Below the pieces are notes generated by a model. The model was not told the DNA's origin. It ran no database searches and was given only the letters and a program-made list of their open reading frames with translations. A stretch of 64,000 bases of DNA, taken from the NCBI GenBank assembly GCA_026705765.1, contig JAPPAB010000168.1:56-64055 (forward strand), read 5' to 3'. This document shows, piece after piece, positions 37,704-47,267 of the stretch; position 1 is the stretch's first letter; the number at the start of each line of letters is the position of its first letter. Source of the DNA: Gemmatimonadota bacterium. Lineage in GTDB: Bacteria; Latescibacterota; UBA2968. Made by a program: the position numbers and the translations under genes.

Positions 37704-38130
37704 AAGTAAAAATTAAGAGGGCGGTTCCCACGCTGACGCAGGTATCCGCGAGGTTGAAAACCCACCACCGCGTAGTTCCGATACCAAAATCGAGAAAATC
37801 AATTACGACGCCAAATCGCACGCGGTCGATGATATTGCCAATTGCGCCTCCCAGTACCAGAGTCAAACCAATGGCTGCGAGGCGGTCTTCGGGCGCGATG
37901 CGCCACAGCAGCCCGCCAACTACGAGAAGTGCCACACAGGCCAGTAACAAGTGCAGGTACGGATTGCCCAATCGGATACCGAATACTGCACCCGGGTTGT
38001 GAATATAGGTTAATTTAAAAAAAGATCCCAATACCGGTACAGATTCGCCCAGAGCCATGGTTTGCAACACCCACCATTTGGTGAGTTGATCCAGCACCAA
38101 TGCCACGCCTGTAATCCATAAAAATCTCAC
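37633..38130 (-). CDS. lspA: Lipoprotein signal peptidase (SPase II)
   Basis: '…NPGAVFG…' and 'FNLAD' conserved blocks. 4 TM. Confidence 0.85.
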   Translation of the reverse strand: MRFLWITGVALVLDQLTKWWVLQTMALGESVPVLGSFFKLTYIHNPGAVFGIRLGNPYLHLLLACVALLVVGGLLWRIAPEDRLAAIGLTLVLGGAIGNIIDRVRFGVVIDFLDFGIGTTRWWVFNLADTCVSVGTALLIFTFGITSKHRKTVYNRDSSKNSAPT

Positions 38131-38139
38131 AAGTAAACC

Positions 38140-38511
38140 TCATGCTGATTTGTTTTGTTTTTCTTTACACGGGACGCAAACTTCCGTGGTCGGTACTGCT
38201 TCCAGTCTTTCTCTAGGGATGGGAATGTCACACGCTCGACACCTGCCAAATTCGCGATTTTTGATGCGCGTTAAAGCGGCTTCAATTTGGTCCAGATAAG
38301 CACCGTCGCGTGCTGCAAATAGAAAAGCCTTTTCGCGTTCCATGGTCGCATTGCCCAAATCGGGCATGTGATCTGAATACGTCAGGTCTCCCGACGATTC
38401 TGCCGAGGTGATCTGCATGGAATGGCTCTGCAATGTGCCCAGGTCTTTAACGATAGAGGTGCGCTTGGTCTCTAAAAGATTTTTGAAATACTCCAGGTCT
38501 TCGTTTGTCAT
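38140..38511 (-). CDS. DksA/TraR-family C4 zinc-finger regulator
   Basis: C-terminal 'CRACDIPIPRERLEAVPTTEVCVPC' C4 finger. Start taken at 'MTNEDLEYF'. Confidence 0.75.
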   Translation of the reverse strand: MTNEDLEYFKNLLETKRTSIVKDLGTLQSHSMQITSAESSGDLTYSDHMPDLGNATMEREKAFLFAARDGAYLDQIEAALTRIKNREFGRCRACDIPIPRERLEAVPTTEVCVPCKEKQNKSA

Positions 38512-38512
38512 T

Positions 38513-38977
38513 TTATTCCTTTCTATCCACGGCTTCCCAAATTTGACACGCATTTTCTTTGATTAGTGCGCGTTGCTCCGGCCAAAAAAATACAGGGAGT
38601 GGATCAAGCGGTACCCACGACATGCTTTCGTGATGTGTTGTATCGGTTGGCACGGCATCAATCTGCTCGGTCAAATACAAAAAATAATGAGTTATTTTCC
38701 ACTCTTTCTTGTGGAAATCAAGCCTTTCTTTTATGCCGAGTTTTTCTACGAATTGCAGTTTTGATATCCCCACTTCTTCTTCGATCTCTCGTCGGGCAGC
38801 ACATTCGATTTTTTCGCCCGCTTCAATGTGTCCTTTGGGCAACACATAGTCGGCATGCCCTCTCTCGCGGGCCAGAGCCAGCAATACCTGGTTGCCATCC
38901 CAACGCACCACAACACCGCCCGCGGCATGACGTTCTCGCAACCCTTTGGGACGTATGTACCAGCTATCGTCGATCAT
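38513..38977 (-). CDS. NUDIX hydrolase
   Basis: Nudix box 'GHIEAGEKIECAARREIEEEVGI'. Confidence 0.8.
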   Translation of the reverse strand: MIDDSWYIRPKGLRERHAAGGVVVRWDGNQVLLALARERGHADYVLPKGHIEAGEKIECAARREIEEEVGISKLQFVEKLGIKERLDFHKKEWKITHYFLYLTEQIDAVPTDTTHHESMSWVPLDPLPVFFWPEQRALIKENACQIWEAVDRKE

Positions 38978-39004
38978 AAATGTTATTAGTAGCTCGCATC
39001 TTTC

Positions 39005-39880
39005 TCAAGACCAGTACTTACCGTATAAAAGACTGAGGCGTTCTTTTGTCGCGCTGGAAATCGCATCTGGCGATGTAATAATCGCAAATTGTGCGGCATT
39101 GAGACAATCGCAATCCGATGTTCTGGGCAACTGTGCAGCCAATGTGCATACAATTTGGTTTGCGTGTTCGGCATTGGCTTTTAACACAGCGACCACGGCT
39201 TCTACCGATACATCTTCTTCGGCTTCATGCCAGCAATCGTAATCGGTGCCCGTAGCCAGCATCGCATAACACATTTCGGCCTCGCGCGCGAGCTTGGCTT
39301 CCGGCAAAGCCGTCATTCCGATTACGGTCGCATTGACTTCTCGGCGATAAAAATGGGACTCTGCTCGCGTGGAGAACTGCGGTCCCTCCATACAAATATA
39401 CGTTCCGCCATCGTGGGTGGTCACTCCGGATTTTTTTACAGCGGTCAGCAGTAAGTCGCGTAATTCACTGCAAAAAGGATCGGCAAAAGCCACATGACCG
39501 GCAATGCCCTCACCAAAAAATGTGTTCGCGCGAATGCCGCGGGTGCGATCAAAAATCTGATCGGGTACTACCATATCACCCGGTTTTATGGTTTCCTGCA
39601 TAATTCCCACGGCACTTATCGCCAGCAGATGCGTCACGCCCATCTGTTTCAGGGCATATACATTGGCGCGATAGGGCACTTCAGAAGGCAGCAGGACATG
39701 CCCGCGTCCATGACGGGGCAAAAAATATACCGATTGGTCATCTATACGCGTTTCGACAACTGCATCTGAGGGTGCGCCAAAAGGTGTGACAAGGCGATGT
39801 TCGGCTACGATTTCCACACCTTCCATGTGATAAACACCCGATCCGCCCATAACACCCAGTCGAACAATCTGTTCAGGCAT
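39005..39880 (-). CDS. mtnP: S-methyl-5'-thioadenosine phosphorylase
   Basis: 'LGVIGGSG'-type N-terminus ('LGVMGGSGV'), PNP family-2 blocks. Confidence 0.85.
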   Translation of the reverse strand: MPEQIVRLGVMGGSGVYHMEGVEIVAEHRLVTPFGAPSDAVVETRIDDQSVYFLPRHGRGHVLLPSEVPYRANVYALKQMGVTHLLAISAVGIMQETIKPGDMVVPDQIFDRTRGIRANTFFGEGIAGHVAFADPFCSELRDLLLTAVKKSGVTTHDGGTYICMEGPQFSTRAESHFYRREVNATVIGMTALPEAKLAREAEMCYAMLATGTDYDCWHEAEEDVSVEAVVAVLKANAEHANQIVCTLAAQLPRTSDCDCLNAAQFAIITSPDAISSATKERLSLLYGKYWS

Positions 39881-40394
39881 CTTCGTCGTCCTGACCTGTG
39901 GCGTCATCTTCTATTTTCGGGATATCTTCTTGTACCACATCAAAGGTGGTCACTTTCAACTGGTCTAAAAAATCGGTCTGAACCTGTACCAGCGCCTTAA
40001 ATTGGGACAAGAACATATCGCGTTGATTTTGTAACTCCACAGTCTCTGTGCGTATATCATGTACCTGCGTGCGCGCTTTTTCAATGGCCCGATTGCTGCG
40101 GATCTCGGCTTCTTTCACAATCAGCCGCGCTTCCTTGTGCCCATTTTCCTTGACTTCCTCAGCCGTTTGTTGGGCAGTCCTGAGCATCTCCTGGAGGGTT
40201 TGCTCTATTGACCGATAGTGATGCACTTCTGATTGCAACGCATGGAGGTGTTCTTTTAGTTCGAGATTTTCGGCACCGAGTTTTTCGACTTCTGTAGCCA
40301 GCATGTCGAGAAATGCCTGTACTTCCTCTTGATCATAACCGCGAAAAGACTTCTTAAAAATCTGCTTGCGAATATCCAGTGGTGTGATGTTCAC
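39873..40394 (-). CDS. divIVA: DivIVA-domain protein
   Basis: 'LTPLDIRKQIFKKSFRGYDQEEVQAFLD' DivIVA N-terminal lipid-binding motif plus coiled coil. Confidence 0.8.
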   Translation of the reverse strand: MNITPLDIRKQIFKKSFRGYDQEEVQAFLDMLATEVEKLGAENLELKEHLHALQSEVHHYRSIEQTLQEMLRTAQQTAEEVKENGHKEARLIVKEAEIRSNRAIEKARTQVHDIRTETVELQNQRDMFLSQFKALVQVQTDFLDQLKVTTFDVVQEDIPKIEDDATGQDDEDA

Positions 40395-40419
40395 ATTCCC
40401 CTCCCCTAAGGGCTATCGG

Positions 40420-41007
40420 TTATAACTCAAATACACTTTGAATGGCACTTTGAACAACCTGCAGAAGCAAAATTAACAAAATGGGTGACAAATCGAACAT
40501 GCCCAGTGGAGGAACGATCTGTCGGAAAGGGCCCATAATAGGCTCAGTCAAGCTGTAAAGGGTCCACATAAATCTGCCTCCGCGCACAAAGGGCAACCAC
40601 GAAAATACGATACGCGCGATAATTAAAACGAGCAAGACCGCAACAGTTCCATAGAGCAACCATCCGATGATATGCAGGATTTCACCGGAAGAAATACCGT
40701 GTAACAATCCTATGAGTGAACGCAGCACATCGTTGGTCAACCACTTAAAAAAAAATGCCCCGATCAATGTCGCAATTATCAGAATTAACGGTGCCGCACC
40801 GGCATTTCCTGGCATGTGTTGCGCAATGGGCCACACGAGCGGGTCGGTTATGCGCCGAACATAATATTGAGACCAGCCAAAAGAACTCATACGAACCAAA
40901 ATAGCGCGTAATAGCAACAACGCCACCATGCCGATTACCAATGCAACAAGCATCCAGTCAATGGCTTGTTGTATTAAAATAATCGCCTGAGCAACCACAT
41001 CAACCAT
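40420..41007 (-). CDS. YggT-family membrane protein
   Basis: Tandem YggT-type TM repeats. Conserved synteny downstream of yggS. Confidence 0.7.
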   Translation of the reverse strand: MVDVVAQAIILIQQAIDWMLVALVIGMVALLLLRAILVRMSSFGWSQYYVRRITDPLVWPIAQHMPGNAGAAPLILIIATLIGAFFFKWLTNDVLRSLIGLLHGISSGEILHIIGWLLYGTVAVLLVLIIARIVFSWLPFVRGGRFMWTLYSLTEPIMGPFRQIVPPLGMFDLSPILLILLLQVVQSAIQSVFEL

Positions 41008-41010
41008 AGT

Positions 41011-41694
41011 TTATACCGTCCGCTGACCAAAAATCGCCGTGCCCACGCGCACCATTGTTGCGCCTTCTTCAATTGCAACTTCAAAGTCGCCGGTCATCCC
41101 CATAGACAGGGCAGATACATGGGGCTTGTGAATTGCGATGTGGTCCCTGATTTGTCGCAATAAGACAAAATTTGGTCGCGCTGTTTCCGGGTCTGGCGCA
41201 AATGCGCCAATTGTCATCAGCCCCGCCACCGAAACGCCCTGCAAGTCATCGACCTGCTCGACCAGATCTAATGCCGCGTTGGGGGATATACCGAACTTCG
41301 ATGCTTCGCCCGATGTATTTACCTGTACCAATACGCGAGCTGGGGTATTTCTCCGCACAGCCCACCGGCTGATCTCTTTTGCCAGGCGCAATGTGTCAAC
41401 CGAGTGAATCAGGTCGAATAAAGGCAAGGCTATTTTGACTTTGTTGCGCTGTAAGTGTCCAACCAAATGCCAGGATACTGTGCCAGCCACCTCTGGGACC
41501 TTGTGCTGTGCTTCTTGCACGCGACTTTCACCTAAAACCCGCGTCCCTGCATCTACGACCTGTTGCACGACATCGGCGGGCCAGGTCTTTGTTACAACAA
41601 TCAATTTAACCGCATCTGCTGACCGCCCGGACCGCCTGGTAGCGCTGTCAATGCGGTCTTGAACGCGCTTTAAGTTCTCAGCAATTGCCGACAT
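41011..41694 (-). CDS. yggS: YggS-family PLP homeostasis protein
   Basis: 'VKLIVVTK' PLP-lysine block. Start set at 'MSAIAENL'. The longer ORF has a non-conserved leader. Confidence 0.85.
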   Translation of the reverse strand: MSAIAENLKRVQDRIDSATRRSGRSADAVKLIVVTKTWPADVVQQVVDAGTRVLGESRVQEAQHKVPEVAGTVSWHLVGHLQRNKVKIALPLFDLIHSVDTLRLAKEISRWAVRRNTPARVLVQVNTSGEASKFGISPNAALDLVEQVDDLQGVSVAGLMTIGAFAPDPETARPNFVLLRQIRDHIAIHKPHVSALSMGMTGDFEVAIEEGATMVRVGTAIFGQRTV

Positions 41695-41903
41695 GGGTTT
41701 CGGTCTCAAAATTGAAATATAGATTTCATAATTTATGTAAAAAATAGTGTAATGGCAACAAAAACGGCTTGGAACATATGAGGTGAGCCACGCGAATTTT
41801 TTAGCCATGTAGGCCAGAAAACCGTTGACCCCACGCGGAGGATATATGTATTGTACAGGTACTCTCACGTCACGTCTTATCCTTCAAATCCGGAGCTATT
41901 CTT

Positions 41904-43838
41904 ATGCCGCGAAATGGTTATGGACACATGGTACTGGATGATTATGTCGCGCGCGTACGAGCAGTAAATGCCGACCGCGCAAAACGTCTGTCGTCTATCC
42001 GAACAAAAAAAGAAGCTTTCGCATATCGCGATGAGGTGCGCGAGGCGATTGACAAAGCCTATCGCCCCTGGCCGAGTAAAACACCGCTTAATGCGCGCGT
42101 TGTCGGTACAATTGAACGCAGCCATTACCGCATTGAAAAAGTTCTTTTTGAGAGTCGTCCGGGTTGTTTGGTTACGGCCCATCTTTACGTGCCGGACAAA
42201 CTCGATGGGCCAGCACCTGGTATTATTGGCTCTTGCGGTCATGCTGCCGATGGCAAGAATGCACCGCTTTATCAGGCTTTTTGTCAGCGTCTGGCGCGCA
42301 ATGGCTTTGTCGTCTTGATCTACGATCCCTTCAATCAGGGCGAGCGCGATCAATACTATGCCCTGCACAGCCGCGAAAGCGTGCGGTCGTCAACACATGC
42401 CCACAATATGATGGGCAAACAACTCGAACTCGTGGGCGAATGGTTTGGCGCGTGGCGCGCCTGGGATGGTATTCGCGCGCTCGACTATTTGCTTACCCGT
42501 CCCGAAGTCGATCCCGCACACATCGGGCTTACGGGCAATTCGGGTGGCGGTACTATGACCAGTTGGATCTGGCCGGTGGAAGCGCGTTTTACTATGGCTG
42601 CCCCCAGTTGCTTTGTCACCACGTTTGCCGCCAATCTCGAAAATGAGTTGCCCGCCGATTCGGAACAGTATCCGCCGGGTGTGATTGGCGCGGGTCTGGA
42701 TATGGCCGATTTTTTTATTGCCCGAGCACCTGCTCCCGTCATCTTGCTCGGTCAAGCCTATTGCTTTTTTGACCGACGCGGTCTCAAACAAGCCTATTCT
42801 GAAATTCGTCGTTTCTACGATATCATTGGCGCGCCAGCCAATGCGACTGATATTTTTATCGGGTCAGAAGACCACGGTTTTTTCCGCGATAACCAGGAAG
42901 CTATGGTGCAATTTTTTGCAACACAAGCCGGCATTCAGCAGGTTACCCGTTTGGAAGAGACCGAAGACTTGCGCGATGTCTTGAATGTTACCCCAAAAGG
43001 CGAGGTTGTGCCCGAAGGCGCTACGCCCATTTACGATTTGATTGCCCAAAAAGCAGTTGTTCTTGCATCAAAACGCAAAGCGTTGGGTAAGGATGAACTC
43101 ATCCGTTGTGTGCAGAGCACGCTCAATTTGTCTGATGACCGCGACCTGCCCCATCACCGCTGGTTGCGCAGTACGACGGAAGATGGCGTTCGCCTGGCGC
43201 GGTATGCGATTGAAACCGAGGGCAATATTCGCGCTATTATGCGGAAGCGCCTGTCCAATCCGTCTTATTCGCATACGCTCGATGTCGAGCGCGAGGTTTA
43301 TCTCTATTTGCCACATGTTTCTGCGGAAGAAGATTTGATAGAAGATCCTTTTGCAAAAAGACTGAAAGAACAACATCCGCTTTATGCTCTCGATGTACGC
43401 GGTCTGGGAGAATCGCTTGCCGATGATGAACGCGACTTTTTTCACCCTTATGGCAATGACTATATGTGCAATGGTTATGGCCTGATGCTCGGTCAGAGCT
43501 TTCTCGGACGGCGGATTCACGATGTGTTATCCACACTTGATCTGCTGGTTTATGAGGGTGCGGAAAAAATCCATCTTTACGGTCGTGGGCAGGGTGCAAT
43601 TCACGCGCTGTTTGCCGGATTTTTGCATTCTGCAGTGGCGACTGTTACCCTGAAAAACTATCCGCTGTCCTATCACGCTTGGACACAAGCGCCCCTGGTC
43701 AGTTGGCCTGCTGCCAATATCCCTCGGGGCGTTCTCGCATCTTATGATCTGCCCGATTTGATACACGCTCTGGATAAGAAACTCGAGCTTATACAGCCCT
43801 GGGGGGCGGATATGTCGGAAGTGGGAAGTGTGAAGTGA
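41904..43838 (+). CDS. Tandem alpha/beta-hydrolase protein. N-terminal acetyl-xylan-esterase-like domain plus C-terminal degenerate copy
   Basis: First domain has nucleophile elbow 'GLTGNSGGG'. The second domain has the equivalent position as 'GRGQGA' (Ser replaced by Gly). Confidence 0.7.
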   Translation: MPRNGYGHMVLDDYVARVRAVNADRAKRLSSIRTKKEAFAYRDEVREAIDKAYRPWPSKTPLNARVVGTIERSHYRIEKVLFESRPGCLVTAHLYVPDKLDGPAPGIIGSCGHAADGKNAPLYQAFCQRLARNGFVVLIYDPFNQGERDQYYALHSRESVRSSTHAHNMMGKQLELVGEWFGAWRAWDGIRALDYLLTRPEVDPAHIGLTGNSGGGTMTSWIWPVEARFTMAAPSCFVTTFAANLENELPADSEQYPPGVIGAGLDMADFFIARAPAPVILLGQAYCFFDRRGLKQAYSEIRRFYDIIGAPANATDIFIGSEDHGFFRDNQEAMVQFFATQAGIQQVTRLEETEDLRDVLNVTPKGEVVPEGATPIYDLIAQKAVVLASKRKALGKDELIRCVQSTLNLSDDRDLPHHRWLRSTTEDGVRLARYAIETEGNIRAIMRKRLSNPSYSHTLDVEREVYLYLPHVSAEEDLIEDPFAKRLKEQHPLYALDVRGLGESLADDERDFFHPYGNDYMCNGYGLMLGQSFLGRRIHDVLSTLDLLVYEGAEKIHLYGRGQGAIHALFAGFLHSAVATVTLKNYPLSYHAWTQAPLVSWPAANIPRGVLASYDLPDLIHALDKKLELIQPWGADMSEVGSVK

Positions 43839-43863
43839 AGAAGGGCTGAGGAGAGGAGGGGGG

Positions 43864-44640
43864 TTATCCTTCCAGTTGCTCACGCAGATGGGCTTCCATG
43901 GCCACAAATTGGGGGTCGGCGCGCAAGGTGTTTTCCCGGGGATGGGGAAAATGAACGCTCAGGTCTTCCGCGATTTTGCCGGGTCTGGCAGACATGACCA
44001 CAACGCGGTCGGACAGGAGCAATGCTTCGGAGATGCTGTGGGTGATAAATAAGACAGCAGCACCGGTCGCCTGCCATATTCGCAAGAGTTCAATTTGCAT
44101 TTTTTCTCGCGTCATTTCGTCCAGTGCTCCAAAAGGCTCGTCCATAAGCAAAACGGATGGGCGGAAGGTCAAGACTCTGGCTATGGCGACCCGCGATTGC
44201 ATGCCGCCCGATAGTTCGCGCGGATACGCCTGCTCAAATCCTGCCAGTCCGACAATGTCGATCATTTCAGAGACCCGGCTTAAAACCTCTGTGTCTCCAA
44301 AGACCTCTGCGGGTAGGCGCACATTTTCTTCTACCGTGCGCCAGGCGAGAAGCGAGGGATGTTGAAATACAAAGCCCACCAACCGTTCGCGCCGTGCGAC
44401 TTCGGGTATTTTCCCCAGTACGCGAACCGTGCCCTTTGTCGGTGTTTCCAGGTCGCCGACAATCCGCATTAAGCTCGTTTTGCCACATCCCGAGGGTCCG
44501 ATCATACTGACAAATTCCCCCTGCGCTATTTGCAGAGAAATTTGTGCGAGTGCTTCTACCCGGTTGCTGTCGGTCACAAAAACCTTGTGAATATCCCGCA
44601 GTTCAATGGCTACTTTACTCACTTCGCGTCTCACCTTCAA
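43864..44640 (-). CDS. ABC transporter ATP-binding protein (NitT/TauT aliphatic sulfonate/nitrate type)
   Basis: Walker A 'GPSGCGKTS', signature 'LSGGMQSRVAIA', Walker B 'LLMDEPFGALD'. No permease or binding-protein gene adjacent. Confidence 0.85.
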   Translation of the reverse strand: MKVRREVSKVAIELRDIHKVFVTDSNRVEALAQISLQIAQGEFVSMIGPSGCGKTSLMRIVGDLETPTKGTVRVLGKIPEVARRERLVGFVFQHPSLLAWRTVEENVRLPAEVFGDTEVLSRVSEMIDIVGLAGFEQAYPRELSGGMQSRVAIARVLTFRPSVLLMDEPFGALDEMTREKMQIELLRIWQATGAAVLFITHSISEALLLSDRVVVMSARPGKIAEDLSVHFPHPRENTLRADPQFVAMEAHLREQLEG

Positions 44641-46118
44641 TGTTTGATCAAGTGTTTTTCCAGGGTGTTGACCACGGTTTTCAGCGTTTTAATGCGCGCA
44701 TATAGCTTGCAATTGGACTCGACAATGGTCCACGGTGCGTAATCTGTATTTGTGCGATACAACATGTCATCCACTGCGTCGCGATACTGATCCCATTTCT
44801 CTCGATTGCGCCAGTCTTCATCCGTAATTTTCCACTGTTTGGACGGTACTTTTTCGCGGTCTTGAAAGCGCTTCAATTGTTCGTCTTTGTCGATATCGAT
44901 CCAGAATTTGAATAATAAGGTGCCGTAATTTGCCATCTGTTCTTCCATTTCGTTGATTTCGCGGTACGCGCGTTGCCATTCCGGTATTGTCGCAAATCCC
45001 TCTACGCGCTCAACCAGAACGCGCCCGTACCACGATCGGTCAAAGATGGCAAAATGACCGGCTTTGGGCATTTTGATCCAGAACCGCCACAAATAGTGAT
45101 GTGCCAGTTCAATATCATTTGGCGCGGCGATGGGGAACACGTCGTATCCCCGCGGGTCCATGCGGCGCACGAGACGTTTGATATTGCCTCCCTTTCCCGC
45201 AGCATCCCAGCCTTCGTACACAATGACGACTGACTGCCTTTGCAAATACACTTCGTGCTCGATTTCCCATATCTTTTTTTGATAAATGCGGCGCAGGCGA
45301 TCGTATTCTTTGCGCGTGAGTTCTCTGGACAAATCAGATGTTTCGAGCATAGAATGCGGGATTGAGGATAGGGAAACCGCTTTGGTCCGCGTCTTTTTGT
45401 TCAGAGATGCCAGTTTTTTTTCGAGGACTTCAATCACTTTTTCAAATACTGAAACCGTTGCAAAACGCCAGTTTTCAGCCGGCACAATATGCCAGGGCGC
45501 GTATTTGCTATCCGTACGTGAGATCATTTCTTCGATGACTTCTCCATACCATTCGTATTGTTTATTTTTTTTCCAGTCGTAATCTGTCACGCGCCAGGAC
45601 GTCAGGGGATTTTTCTCGAGTTGCTTAAAACGCTTTTTTTGTTCTTTGCGCGAGATGTGCAGGAAGAACTTGATGATTACATGGCCGTCATCTACAAGTT
45701 GTCGCTCGAAATTATTCACTTCTTGATACGCCTTATCAACCGGTAGCTTGTCCATCATCGGATCCATTTTCTCTACAATGAACCGACTGTACCAACTCCT
45801 GCTGTAAATGACCAGGCGTCCGCGTTCGGGTATTTTGGTCCAGAACCGCCACATAAATGGTCGGTAAATCTCTTCTTCATTGGGAACCTGGGTCGAATAT
45901 ACCTTGACGCCGCGGGGATCGAGTACTTGCAACAACTCGTTGATCAGCCGCCCTTTGCCAGAAGCGCCCCAGCCTTCGAATACAATCGTGATGGGCACTT
46001 TGTTTTCCAGTGCCTTTCGCTCGAGTTGGCCCATTTTTATTTCCAGTTTTTCCATTCGGGCGTTGTAGTCAGATTTTTTTGTTTTTTGTTTTAGATCAAT
46101 AGCATCCAGCATTCCCAT
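44637..46118 (-). CDS. ppk2: Two-domain polyphosphate kinase 2 (PPK2, polyphosphate:AMP/ADP phosphotransferase type)
   Basis: Two PPK2 repeats, each with a Walker A-like 'FEGWGASGKG' / 'YEGWDAAGKG' and lid motifs. Confidence 0.85.
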   Translation of the reverse strand: MGMLDAIDLKQKTKKSDYNARMEKLEIKMGQLERKALENKVPITIVFEGWGASGKGRLINELLQVLDPRGVKVYSTQVPNEEEIYRPFMWRFWTKIPERGRLVIYSRSWYSRFIVEKMDPMMDKLPVDKAYQEVNNFERQLVDDGHVIIKFFLHISRKEQKKRFKQLEKNPLTSWRVTDYDWKKNKQYEWYGEVIEEMISRTDSKYAPWHIVPAENWRFATVSVFEKVIEVLEKKLASLNKKTRTKAVSLSSIPHSMLETSDLSRELTRKEYDRLRRIYQKKIWEIEHEVYLQRQSVVIVYEGWDAAGKGGNIKRLVRRMDPRGYDVFPIAAPNDIELAHHYLWRFWIKMPKAGHFAIFDRSWYGRVLVERVEGFATIPEWQRAYREINEMEEQMANYGTLLFKFWIDIDKDEQLKRFQDREKVPSKQWKITDEDWRNREKWDQYRDAVDDMLYRTNTDYAPWTIVESNCKLYARIKTLKTVVNTLEKHLIKH

Positions 46119-46121
46119 ATT

Positions 46122-47246
46122 TTACTCCTCTATCCACGAGCGCGAGTCGGGCACGTGTAGCCACGCTCCGTCTTGTACAATTGATTGTTGACTGATTAAA
46201 CCTGGCAAGGTCATGTCCATGGCTTCGTGAATGCCAATTGGACAGGCGATTTCGCCGTTGATGCTTTGAATAAAATCCATGATTTCGAAATAGTCGCCCC
46301 CGCCGTGTCCGGCTTTTAATGCCGCTTCAGAGGGGTTGCGCCACATGTCGGGTAGATAGTCTTCTTCCAGATCTGTCAGATCTATCCATTCATTTTTTTC
46401 GCCACAGATATCTTCAAGCCATATGCGATTGACACCGCCGCGCTCTCTCGCCGATTCATAACACCCTTTTGTTCCTTGTAGTTGAAAATTGCCGGTTGCG
46501 TGGGGGCGTTTCGATAGCATATCTACCCGGATTTTTACCAGCCCGCCGCTCGCCATCTGGCACAACATGACGCACGAATCTTGATTTTCATACTGGTCTC
46601 CCCGAGGGTCTGTGTAATGGTGTCCGCTGCCCGCACAACACACGCGCACTACGCGGTCCCCCGGCATCCACTGCAAGAGAGGTCCCAGGCTGTGCGTGCA
46701 ATAGGTTATACCATCAATGCCCGTTTGCCACTTGCGCCGCCATTTTGTGATTTCATTCAGGGCTTTCAGTTCGTGGAGATATTCTCCTTCTCCGTAATAT
46801 ACATCGCCGAACAAACCCCGCCGCACGAGCTCTTTTACCAGTACATTGGGGCGGGTGTAGGTGTAATTTTCTGCCATCATATAGAGTGCTTTTGACGATG
46901 TGGCGGCGTGTACCAGGGCGCGGCATTCCTCCACAGAGACCCCGGCTGTGACTTCGCTCAAGACGTGGATGTTGCGATGCAGTGCCTCAATTGCTTGCTG
47001 AGCGTGAAAATGCATGGGCGTGCCGATGACGACTGCGTCGAGTTCAGAGCGCGCGAGCATGGTTTCGTAATCCGCGTATTTTTCAGAGGCTCCCAATCGT
47101 TCAGCAGCAGCGTCGAGTTCCTCTTCGCGCACATCGCATACCGCGTGAATGCGCGCCGTTTCATGCGCTTCGAAAGCGACTCGAAAACTGCCCCCACGCC
47201 CCGCAGCCCCCACAATGCCCACGTTTAATTTTTCAGCAATGCCCAT
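46122..47246 (-). CDS. Gfo/Idh/MocA-family oxidoreductase
   Basis: N-terminal Rossmann 'LNVGIVGAAGRGGS' and the family C-terminal alpha/beta domain. Confidence 0.85.
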   Translation of the reverse strand: MGIAEKLNVGIVGAAGRGGSFRVAFEAHETARIHAVCDVREEELDAAAERLGASEKYADYETMLARSELDAVVIGTPMHFHAQQAIEALHRNIHVLSEVTAGVSVEECRALVHAATSSKALYMMAENYTYTRPNVLVKELVRRGLFGDVYYGEGEYLHELKALNEITKWRRKWQTGIDGITYCTHSLGPLLQWMPGDRVVRVCCAGSGHHYTDPRGDQYENQDSCVMLCQMASGGLVKIRVDMLSKRPHATGNFQLQGTKGCYESARERGGVNRIWLEDICGEKNEWIDLTDLEEDYLPDMWRNPSEAALKAGHGGGDYFEIMDFIQSINGEIACPIGIHEAMDMTLPGLISQQSIVQDGAWLHVPDSRSWIEE

Positions 47247-47267
47247 TAAATACCTCCGGAAAATTGG

